Below, piece by piece: positions 1 to 9,345 of a stretch of 64,000 nt of DNA (position 1 is the stretch's first letter; every line of letters starts with the position of its first letter). Source of the DNA: Narcine bancroftii (taxonomy: Eukaryota). The stretch lies in contig NC_091482.1 of NCBI RefSeq assembly GCF_036971445.1, positions 20,336,001 through 20,400,000 on the forward strand. The letters run 5' to 3'. The notes under the pieces were generated by a model, which was not told where the DNA came from, did no database searches, and worked only from the letters and a program-made list of their open reading frames with translations. The translations under genes and the position numbers were made by a program.

Positions 1-472
1 GGCCATCTGTTGTTTCTTTGTTTTCTTTTTCTTCTTTCTTGTTTTTGTTGTCTTCTATGTTCTCCTCTTGCTGCTGCTGTTCTGTAGCTGTCATTGCCGG
101 CTGTGGAGATCGACTCCCCAGCTGGTCGCCCCTCCTGTCGGTGTGTTTTTTTACATGCGCGGTTGTGCACTTTTACTCGGCTCAGCGAGCCATTTTTGTA
201 GTCCACTTTCTACCGACCTGAGGGAGCGGGCTTCTCTCTCCACCACGGGCCTCTTCGAACAGGTAAGGCCTTCTCCTTCTTCTTCCGTTGTCTTCTCTTC
301 CTCTCTTCTTACCGTTGGTTTCGACTTTTCTTTTTTCGTCGCCATCTTCTTTCCACCTTTATATTCACTTTACTTTAATTTTTATTTTTGTGCCTTTGTG
401 CTTTCCTTTATTTTTTTCAACTTTTCTGGAGAGGGCTGGAGTTCACCGTCCGGCCACTACTCCATCACGTGA
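1..472 (-). mobile_element. 5' end (5'UTR and ORF1 N-terminus) of an L1-clade LINE running off the window start
   Basis: ORF 151..345 (MATKKEKSKPTVRREEEK, charged) and a GC-rich leader (GTCACGTGATGG on -) resemble the 5' end of the L1 at 14000-15375. Confidence 0.55.
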
Positions 473-479
473 CTTCCTC

Positions 480-735
480 CAGGTGGAAAGGATGGTTGAT
501 GAGGGAAGGACAGTTAATGTTGTGAACATAGACCACTGAGACTTTTGACCAGTTCCCTCGTTGTCGTAAGGTGCAGGAATATAGGATCCTCGGTGAGTTG
601 CTAGTCGGGTCATGAAATTGGATAGGCCATAGAAGGCATAGGGTAGAGGTAGAAGAGAGTTACTCATGTTGGAGCCCTATGACCAGAGGAGTTCTGCAGG
701 GGTTGGAGTTGGAACCCCTGCCATTTGTGAACAGG
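480..735 (+). mobile_element. CR1-like LINE RT fragment (degraded)
   Basis: Translates to VDEGRTVNVVNID, like the CR1 VDEGRAVDVVYMDF motif, followed by a GVLQG..LEP-like motif. Confidence 0.6.
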
Positions 736-1150
736 TTTGGAGGGAGGGAGGGACTTTTGTTTTTGCTTTGTTTGTAAGAAAAAGTTTAATGTAGATTTGT
801 TACTATGTATTTTTTTTTAAAAACAATCAAAAATAAAATATTCAAAAAGATAAGTGACCTATTCAATTTGAAGGCTGACATCAAAAACCTTGCACAGGTA
901 CCTCAAACATCTCTCTAAATTTTTCCATTTTACAAGAATTATTTTTAAAAAAAGCTTTTTAATAGTGTTCACACATCCTAGACTTTGTGCTTAAGGTTCC
1001 CTAATGACTCATTGTGTATAAACTATTGCTCTCTAAGAATCTTTTTATTTTGTAATATGCATGTTCATGTTTTCCTCTTTCCAATATGCTCAATAAGAAT
1101 GGTTTTCTATTTGACTGTTCTGGAATCACAAATCACAGTGTTACACTCAC

Positions 1151-1334
1151 GTACCATCAATATCTTTTTATGTAGCTGGTGGAAGTACAGAAGAACCCAA
1201 CTAAACTTGGCTGCTTCACAAGGGAAGGGGGGGGGCATAAACTTTGAGGAGAATCCGAAGGTTGAGGAGGGAGATGCTACAGCCAATAAACGGCTGAGAT
1301 GTTCCAGGTGAATGTGAAGGGGATGCAGGACTTC
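1151..1334 (-). other. Candidate exon 3 of a divergent transcript
   Basis: On -: CTAAT branch-like motif, acceptor ctcttgcAG and donor GTGAGT; unique non-repeat-looking sequence. Confidence 0.4.
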
Positions 1335-1401
1335 CTGCAAGAGTTTTAATTAGATTTGGACTGACACTGGGGCCTTGTTCCTGTTGTACTATGTTCTATA
1401 T

Positions 1402-1531
1402 CAGTGGTTTTCAAACTTCCTTCCCACTCACACCCCACCTTAAGCAATCCCTTACTGATCACAGAGCACGATGGCACAGGGAATTCTTCATTGGGTGTGT
1501 GAGTGGAAAGAAAAAAGGTTGAAGACCAGTG
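1402..1531. mobile_element. hAT (Charlie-like) palindromic MITE, monomer
   Basis: Ends CAGTGGTTTTCAA...TTGAAGACCAGTG; perfect 8-bp TSD TTCTATAT at 1394-1401 and 1532-1539. Confidence 0.9.
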
Positions 1532-1768
1532 TTCTATATAAATTACTGCTACCCCTGCCTATTGCACAGGTCATCATTTCCGCGGGTCTGGCTTCTGGTT
1601 ACTTTATAACCCGTAAGGACTCCTGTTTCCCAGGTTATATTTAAGACTTGAAATGACCAATACATTTGAACAGTATGTGAACTGATGTCTCAACGTGCAA
1701 TAATCTTCAGGATCGGTTTAATTCCCTCCACTCTTGCAAAAAGAACAAACTTGATACAAACCACGTAC

Positions 1769-1876
1769 CCATTTGTGCTTCCCCATTTGCAAAAACGACG
1801 GCAAGGACTGCACAGGACCAGAGCCAGTGGGCGAAGCCCGGGCGCCAATCTCGGCTCATTGCCCACGTTGGACCGA
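1769..1876 (-). CDS. Candidate exon 2 of a divergent gene, signal-peptide-like (VGPTWAMSRDWRPGFAHWLWSCAVLAVVFANGEAQM-G)
   Basis: Pyrimidine-rich acceptor tttttgttcccttggctcatgtccctgcAG, donor GTACGT, 108 nt phase 1-1, in frame with candidate exon 6071-6146. Confidence 0.45.
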
Positions 1877-2439
1877 CTGCAGGGACATGAGCCAAGGGAA
1901 CAAAAACTGCAGCGATCGTCACCCAGCCGGATTGTGACGAGAAATCACAGATGCTGAAGTGGGAATAGACGGCGCCGGCACAAACCAGAACCACGCAATT
2001 GGTGGCAAGAAATCCGGGTTTGGGACAGCGTCCCGACCTGGTCCAACTGTTTTCGTTTAGAAAAAGTTTACGATGACGCACTAAACTATTGGAAAGTTTT
2101 TTTTGTATTAAGAGGCCACCCTATTGTTTAAATCTACTCAAAATACTTTTTAAACTGCTATTTATACCAAAGAAAAGGTTTCTCCACATCCTGCCAGATG
2201 CTTCGTGATACCTGGGGCCAGGTCCTCCAAACTGAGGAGTTGGGACGGCCCGGAATGTATCGTTGTTCCGCGCATGGTGGAGCTTGTGATCTCATTCTCA
2301 TTGATGTTCTTGCCTGACCTGATCCCCTCCCCTCCCTAGTGTATATCCAGCGATTTTTTTTCTTTGCTTTTATTTCTCAATTCTTTTGAAACTTGCCCCA
2401 CAAAATTGATCCACCAAAATTGTGGAAGTAAAGTCTGCC

Positions 2440-2965
2440 GACGCCGTGGTTGAAGTTGAAGCACAATGTTTGGTCCAGCAAGGCTTGAGGAAGGATATAT
2501 TGGCTTTGGATTCAAGAGGTATGGGGGTTAGCCTATGAGGAGAGATTGTGTTGACTGGGACAGTACTTGCTGGAATTCAGAAGACTGAGAGGGGTTCTTA
2601 TAGAAATGTATAAAATTATGAAAGGTGCATACACGATAGAGGTGGACAAATTGTTTCTGCTGGTAGGTGAGATTTACCCTCAAGATTCATGATGGAGATG
2701 AGGAAGAACTGCTTTTCCTGGAGGGCGGTGAAACAGTGGAATTCTCTGCCCATTGAAGTGGGGCGGTGGGGTGGGGGCTACATCAATAAATATATTTAAG
2801 ATGAGGGTAGATTTTTAACTAGTAGGGGAATTAAGGGATATGGGGGAGGGGGGAAGGGGAAGCAGGTAGATGGAGATGAGCCTGTCATCAGATCAGCCAC
2901 GATCTTAGAGAATGGCGGAGTGGGCCGGATGGCCGACTCTTGCTCCTATTTCTTATGATCTTATT
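2440..2965 (+). mobile_element. CR1-like LINE 3' end
   Basis: Degraded YEERL..LG.YLLEFRRLRG.LIE.YKIMKG motif and the typical CR1 3'UTR (GGCCGACTCTTGCTCCTATTTCTTATG). Confidence 0.75.
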
Positions 2966-4639
2966 GTTATGAAAAAAAATGTGGGCAGGGGCCCGAACAA
3001 AATGGCAGGGAGCCGCACAGTCCCAAAGGCAAGAGGAAATGGGTGGACGAGGGAGGGCGCACCAGCAAATGGGGAGAAGGGGGATGGCTCTGTGAATGGA
3101 GAGGGAAGGGGGTGGAGAGCTGGAGGAATGAAGACCAAGGGCAAAGGGAGAACGGAGAGTAGGCTAGCAGAAACTGGAGACGTCAATACCAGTTGGAAAA
3201 TCAATGGTTGTTCCTCCATTTATCGAGGGTATTGGTGGGACTCTACATGAGGTCGACAGATATGAGGAAATACATTGCAAGAGGCTTTCAAAGGATCCAG
3301 GAATATCAATTGTGGTCAGAAATGCTACTATCAATTGCATCTCAAGTATGAATGCCTCCAACCACAACAGATTTCTACTCTTACTGGGTTCAGAAACAAG
3401 GCAGGCAGCTCTACATGGAAAAAGAAAGTTCCTCAGCATTTCAGGCCATTCTTTTGGAATTCTTCTGAGTTTATTTTTATTTGATTTCCAACATTTGCAT
3501 GAACTATGTAAGTTAAGCCCCTGCTTTAATAGCCTTATGATTTATTTTCTTGCTCTCGCTTCATCTCAAGCTCCAGAGAATGCAGAATCATCTTAAAGTG
3601 GTGGTAACCTTTCAAGGAAGGGAACCTCATCACCTAAATTGCAGTCTCAACATTACCACCAAAATCTTTGAATTATTCAGTTATGTTGACTTTTTTATTT
3701 TCAGAAGTCACTCAATGTCTCTCCAGCAAGTTTAGATAATCACCATACCTATTCATTAATCATCTGCCACCCCTACTTGGTTTAGCAATATCGTACTGGG
3801 TCCTTCCTCACCTATCCCACCCTTTCCTCCTTACTCTGTCTCTCTCCATGATCTGTCCTAACGAAGGGTTAATATCAACAATTCCTACCCCCACCTCACT
3901 GATACTACTCAACCTGCTGAACTCCTCCAGCAGATTGTTTCTTTTTTGTTCCCGATTCCAGCATCTGCAGTCTTGTGTCTCCTGTCAATTGATAATGTAC
4001 CCCATTTAAACTGGGTTTTGTTTCTTATTACTGCCTTCTTTCACTTTGCAGTATAATCCATCATCCCTGGAATATACAGACCGCTTCTCACATCTCAGGA
4101 AGGCAGCCATGGATGATGAAACTCAGCCTCACCTTCAAAGTGCCAGCACAGCCTTGGAGCAACTGAGGAAAAGATCAAGATTTCAGGTCAGGTGAGGATC
4201 AAGGTTTCAGTGAAGACCTGGGATACCAAGAGTACAAATTTCAAGGCACTCACCAATTAACACCTCTTGTTGTTGGTCTATGCTCCACCCTCTGCCTCTT
4301 CTTCCAAGCCTTTTAATTCAGGTGCTTCCCTGCTTTTTACTCGTAACTTGAAGAAGGACTCGAGCTCAAAACGTCAGTTAGACATCTTTGCTTCCAATGG
4401 ATGCTGCGAGACCTGCTGAGTTCCTGTGTTTTTTTGCCCCCAGTGCTATCTTGTTAACGTCCTCCAGTTGCTGCAAGGAGGAGCAAACCAATGTCAGCAC
4501 CGTTTCTTAGGCCAACACCCACGACATTGAGGTCCTGGTGACACTTTATCACGTTGGGCTGGTCACAACACCAGGTGGGAAGAGATAACCAGGTGGATTC
4601 AAGGATATGGTCAAACCCTCTTTGCAGAAGGGCAATGCA

Positions 4640-5450
4640 GCCACTCACTCCTGGGAATGTTTGGGCCATGAAAACCCTCCCCACCATTGAGAACATCTAC
4701 AGCAGTGGTTCTCAACCTTTTTCTTTCCACTCACTTACCTCTTAAAATATTCCTTACACAATCGGCGCTCTTTGATTAGTAAGGGATTACTTAAGGTGGT
4801 CTGTGGGTGGAAGAAAAAGTTTGAAAACCACTGTTTTAATCATATCTAATTGACTCGTTATGTGCACAGTTTCATAATCCCAAAGGAAATGGGCTAATGA
4901 CAATTTTTCTCATGTGAGATATTTCAGTAATAATCGAGTCTAGAGCAATCTTTCTCATCCTTCCCTCCCCACTCATGTACCACCTTAAGCCATCCCTTAA
5001 CTAATCACAGACCACCAATGGCATAGGGATTACTTCAAGTGGTGTGTGAGTGGAAAGAAAAAGGTTGAGAAACACTGATCTACAGGGAGTGCTGCTGTCT
5101 TAGAGCAGCAGTAATCATCACAGACCCACACCACCCAGCACACACCCTGTTCTCGCTGCTGCCATCAGGAAAGAGGTGTAGGTGCCACAAGCCTCGCACC
5201 CCAGGTTCAGGAACAGCTGCTCCCCCTCCACCACCAGACTCCTCAAGGACAAATTCCATTTAAGGACTCTTACTTTTGCACTTTATTGATTTTTTTTTGC
5301 CCCTCTCTCTCTCTCTGCATTGCACAGTTTGTTTACATTTCCTTATTTATCTACGCGTGTATTTTTTTTGCGCTACCGAAGAAGTAGTAATTCTGCCTTG
5401 CCGGCAGGAAAAAGGATCTCGGTGTTCATGTTAAGCCATGTATGTCTGAG
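4640..5450 (+). mobile_element. L2/Rex-Babar-type LINE 3' fragment, interrupted by a MITE
   Basis: LPTIENIY[MITE]RECC..AAVIITDPHHPAHTLFSLLPSGKR C-terminal motif continues across the insertion. Confidence 0.75.
4703..5077. mobile_element. hAT MITE, dimeric form (two inverted ~130-bp arms plus a 112-bp spacer)
   Basis: Perfect 8-bp TSD ATCTACAG at 4695-4702 and 5078-5085; arms 4703-4833 and 4946-5077. Confidence 0.9.
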
Positions 5451-5659
5451 GAGAGGGAGTACCTTTGGTGCTGATAGCTGCGCCTAAGGTGGGGATGGGG
5501 CATCACTGGGACCTCACTTGCCTCCTAAATCTCCCACTTGTAGGCCAGCAGGCGGAAACAAGGGGGAGGGGGTGGTGTCATTACGAGACCACGAGGTGAT
5601 CGTCCCAACGGCGGAAGAGGAGACCTCTCCCAAGGGCTGCAAAGGTGGAGGAGGATTCC

Positions 5660-6065
5660 CTTTTCCCCTCTCCCACCCCCCCTCCCCTCCTCAGGAGCCC
5701 ATAGATCCCTTTTCCCCTTGCCCACCCTGTGGTGGTCCACCAGCGGCCTACTGCAGGGGGCAACCTCTGTACCTGCAGGAGTGTAAGGGGACAGGACAAC
5801 ATCTGGCCGGCAGCCAATCAGTCGGCCTGAAGGGATCAAGCCCCACCCAGTCAGGTGTCAATCACCCTCTGGGTTTATAAGCCTGTGCCAGCCACCCGAG
5901 GCCTCACTCGGAGTTGCTGCAGCCACAGCCAGTCTGGCTCTGTGGAAGTCTTTGTGGATTAAAGCCTGTTGTACAGTCTTTACCTTGTGTGTGTCTGATT
6001 CTGGCTAACAGCGCATCCCACACCCCCTCCTCAGATGCCCATAGATTCCCTTCTCCTATCGCATC
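5660..6065. repeat. Outlying copies of the ~44-bp GUSB minisatellite unit, split by an LTR
   Basis: CCTCCTCAGGAGCCCATAGATCCCTTTT at ~5685-5713 and CCTCCTCAGATGCCCATAGATTCCC at ~6025-6050 match the intron 1 array. Confidence 0.8.
5728..6022 (+). mobile_element. Solo LTR (~295 bp)
   Basis: TGTGG...CCACA termini, internal CCAAT (~5814), TATAA (~5876) and ATTAAA (~5958); inserted in the C-run of a minisatellite unit, so the TSD and 3' end (6020 or 6022) are ambiguous. Confidence 0.65.
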
Positions 6066-6070
6066 ACTAC

Positions 6071-6146
6071 CTGGTGAGTGGAGCCCGTATTCGGCGGACG
6101 AAACCATGGCTGGATGGACGGGCGGGAAGGCGCTGCGGAGCGCCAT
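6071..6146 (-). CDS. Candidate first coding exon of a divergent gene (MALRSAFPPVHPAMVSSAEYGLHSP)
   Basis: aggATGG Kozak context inside the CpG island; ends CAG|GTAGTG, phase 1. Confidence 0.45.
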
Positions 6147-6577
6147 CCTGACCTGCCTCCGGCCGTCTCGACTGGTCGGCCGGGGCGAGGGGGCGAGGTG
6201 GACCGCCTGCGCAGCTCGCTCTCCCTGGCCCCACCCAAAAGTTTTGAGGTGCCCCTCAACTTCGACTAGGGAGGGCAAACAACCCCGGCAATAAATCTGA
6301 AGTCGAGCAGCAGCAATCCGGGACGGTGACCCGGGAGAGCCTCTGCCCTGCAGAAGGAGGGTGGGGGGGGGGCAAAGCTGATGGTTCGAAGCAGGGAAAG
6401 GGACCAACTTGCGGCGTCGAATCCAAAGCAATTCGCGCTGCCTGTTAAATGCAAAATATTGCAGGCGTATGGGAGCAGCGTAAACCCCCCCCCACCCGCC
6501 CCCGTGCAACACCCGAGCTGCTGCTCCCTTCCCCCAGATTCAAAGTGGGAGAGCAGCTCCGGCACCGCGCTGGAAGG

Positions 6578-6613
6578 GGGAGGCGGGTCACGTGAGCGGC
6601 CGGGTCACGAGAC
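6578..6613 (+). promoter_or_regulatory. GC box plus two CLEAR-like motifs (TFEB/TFE3/USF E-box)
   Basis: GGGAGGCGGG 6578-6587, GTCACGTGAG 6587-6596 and GTCACGAGAC 6604-6613, each 9/10 to GTCACGTGAC, 20-50 bp before the ATG. Confidence 0.7.
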
Positions 6614-6633
6614 TCGCGCCGCCCGCCGAGGTG

Positions 6634-6819
6634 ATGGCGGCGGCCCCGGGTTTAGCGCTGCTCCTCGCCGTGCTCGGCTCCACGCGCGCCCTGAGCCCCC
6701 GGGAGACCCCGACCCGCGAGCTGAAGGAGCTGAGCGGGCTGTGGAGCTTCCGGGCGGACCGGTCCTCCGGCAGGAGGCAGGGCTTCGAGGAGAAGTGGTA
6801 CCAGCGACCGATGAGGGAG
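6634..6819 (+). CDS. GUSB: Beta-glucuronidase exon 1 (signal peptide plus [21 protein letters not shown])
   Basis: gtgATGG start, hydrophobic signal peptide, GH2 N-terminal motif, donor GAG|GTAGGA phase 0. Confidence 0.93.
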
Positions 6820-6970
6820 GTAGGAGGAGGGATGGAGTAGGGGGGGTGTGGTGGGGGATGCGCTGGAGGATCTCAGCGGGTGGCTGACTTAGATGGGGGG
6901 ATGGGGTTTACTGTGGTTCTAGGGTGTGTGCCTGATTGGGGTACCACCCCACCTCTTCTCACCAGTTTCT

Positions 6971-8100
6971 TCCCATCGCCCACCCACCCCCCTCCTCAGG
7001 AGCCCATAGACCCCTTGTCCCATCGCCCACCCCCCCTCCTCAGGTGCCCATAGACCCCTTGTCCCATCGCCCACCCCCCCTCCTCAGGAGCCCATAGATC
7101 CCTTCTCCCATCGCCCACCCTCCCTCCTCAGGAGCCCATAGACCCCTTTTTCCCATCGCCCACCCCCCTCCTCAGGTGCCCATAGACCCCTTGTCCCATC
7201 GCCCACCCCCCCTCCTCAGGAGCCCATAGATCCCTTTTCCCATCGCCCACCCCCCTCCTCAGGTGTCCATAGACTCCTTGTCCCATCGTCCACCCCCCCC
7301 TCCTCAGGAGCCCATAGATCCCTTTTCCCATCACCCACCCCCTCCTCAGGTGCCCGTAGATTCTTTCCCTTTTCCCATCGCCCACCCCCCCCCCTCAGGA
7401 GCCCATAGACCCCTTTTTCCCATCGCCCACCCCCCTCCTCAGGTGCCCATAGACCCCTTGTCCCATCGCCCACCCCCCCTCCTCAGGTGTCCATAGACTC
7501 CTTGTCCCATCGTCCACCCCCCCCCCTCCTCAGGAGCCCATAGATCCCTTTTCCCATCACCCACCCCCTCCTCAGGTGCCCGTAGATTCTTTCCCTTTTC
7601 CCATCGCCCACCCCCCCCCTCAGGAGCCCATAGACCCCTTTTCCCATCACCCACCCCCTCCTCAGGTGCTCATAGATCCCTTCTCCCATCGCCCACCCTC
7701 CCTCCTCAGGAGCCCATAGACCCCTTTTTCCCATCGCCCACCCCCCTCCTCAGGTGCCCTTAGACCCCTTTTCCCATCACCCTCCCCCCTCCTCAGGTGT
7801 CCATAGACCCCTTTTCCCATCACTCACCCCCTCCTCAGGTGCCCATAGACCCCTTTTGTCCTCGCCCACCCCCTCCTCAGGTACCTGTAGATTCTTTCCC
7901 TTTTCCCATCGCCCACCCCCCCTCCTCAGGAGCCCATAGATCCCTTTTGTCCTCAGCCACCCCCTCCTCAGTTACCTGTAGATTCTTTCCTTTTTCCCCT
8001 CGCCCACCCCCTTCCTCAAGCGCCCGTAGATTCTTTCCCATTGCCCTCCTCTGGTGTCCCTAGTTTATTTCCCTCTCTCCCCATTGCCCACCCCTTCCTC
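6971..8100. repeat. C-rich minisatellite, ~44-bp unit, roughly 25 variant copies
   Basis: Repeated CCCATCGCCCACCCCCCTCCTCAGGAGCCCATAGACCCCTTTT with recurring variants. Confidence 0.95.
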
Positions 8101-8559
8101 TGGTATTGCTAAACACAAGCACCCCTCCCGTCCTGTGGGTGAGACAAGAATGGTAACTGAAATGAATTCTTCCTGAATTTTGGTTTTTTTTTTCTTCTTA
8201 AAATGATAGTGTCACTGTGTCCTGTAAGCCTTCTAACAGTAACCCCATGAAATTGTGTAATGCAGAAAAGTAACGATAAATTTTATGGAGCATCTGGAGA
8301 GATTGCAAAACATTTTGCTACCAAGAAAGTGATTCAGAAGTGGAGTTGATGGAATATAGGAAACATTAGGGAAACTTGTTCATAGTAATGTTTCATGGTC
8401 AATGATAACAGTGATCAAATAAAATGTTGTGATTTTTGACAGTGGGAATATATTGATTTTATATCACCCTGCTATAATTTTTAACTTGTATTTGAGAAGG
8501 AAGGAAACCAAGATAGATTTGCCAGGCAGTGAGAAAGGAAAAATTCTATAGGTATGCAA

Positions 8560-8862
8560 GGTGGGGTCCATTGGTCCCCTTAAAAATTAGCATTATTTTT
8601 GTGTGGAGGCACAGAAAATGGGTGAGGTTTTGGAGGAATATTTCTGATCAATCTTTACTGTGGAAAAGATCATGGAAGACACAAATTGAAGCAGACAAGT
8701 TATGACCCGTATGTAAATGACTAGGGGGAGGGTGCTGGCGGCCTTGACTCGTGTTAGATGGACGAGTCACTAGTTCCTGACTGTGTTTTCCTTTGTTGGT
8801 AGCTATGGTAGAAATTGTGGAGGTTGTTGCAGTAATATTTGTTACATCTAGCAGTCACTGAG
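8560..8862 (+). mobile_element. CR1-like LINE fragment (left part of nested stack)
   Basis: Degraded MGEVLEEYF.SIFTVEK and EIVEVVAVIF motifs; continues at ~16260. Confidence 0.55.
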
Positions 8863-9345
8863 GTCAAGGCCTCGTTGTACACAGATGACGTCGCTGTCTT
8901 TTGTTCATACACAGGATTGGTCTGTAGATTGATCAGTGTCTATGGCCAGTGTGATTCAGCATTGGGTGCCAAGGTAAATCGATCCACCATTCATTCAGAA
9001 CTGATTACCTGAAAGTGTTGGGGTTCTGGTTTGTAGGGGGCCGAAGCATACAAGAAGAATTGTTCGGAGTGGATCACCAAGGTCCACCAGAAATCGCATC
9101 TGTGGGCACAGCGCTCCCTCTCAGTAACAGGGAAGAACCTGGTCATCAGGTGAGAGGTGCTTTCAGGACCACTGTACATGATGCAGGTGTGGCCCATCCC
9201 CTGCACCTCCACCCTGGTGGTCACCAGGGTGGTTTTCCAGCTCATCTGGCGAACGTAGCCGTCATCTTGATGAACACCTTCGTGCGTTGCTTCTTCAGGC
9301 TGTGGGTCGAACCAAAGAATGAGGGCATCAAGTTCCGCTATGTAT
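8863..9345 (+). mobile_element. Tx1-clade LINE RT fragment (left half)
   Basis: VKASLYTDDVAVFCS (YxDD), GAKVNRS, YLKVLGFWF, LSVTGKNLVIR motifs. Confidence 0.75.

Larger units (their letters stand above)
6080..6900. promoter_or_regulatory. CpG island / GUSB promoter (possibly bidirectional)
   Basis: High GC and CpG density against an AT-rich background; spans GUSB exon 1. Confidence 0.85.

Noticed and set aside
3190-3410. Additional minus-strand exon of the divergent transcript (strong acceptor ctttctttttccatgtAG)
   Set aside because: Long open frame is phase-incompatible with exon 6071-6146, and the distal donor falls at the edge of a Penelope-like remnant; not enough support
6210-6260. Minus-strand SKLLGG resembling the ASL N-terminal KLWGGRF (ASL neighbours GUSB in other vertebrates)
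   Set aside because: Only four residues match, the following sequence is unlike ASL, and the ORF start is TTG
6592-6633. GTG start for GUSB suggested by the ORF track
   Set aside because: Artefact of alternative-start ORF calling; ATG 6634 directly precedes the signal peptide
6971-8100. Overlapping Gly/Pro-rich ORFs in GUSB intron 1
   Set aside because: Translations of the minisatellite in several frames and on both strands; no splice or homology support
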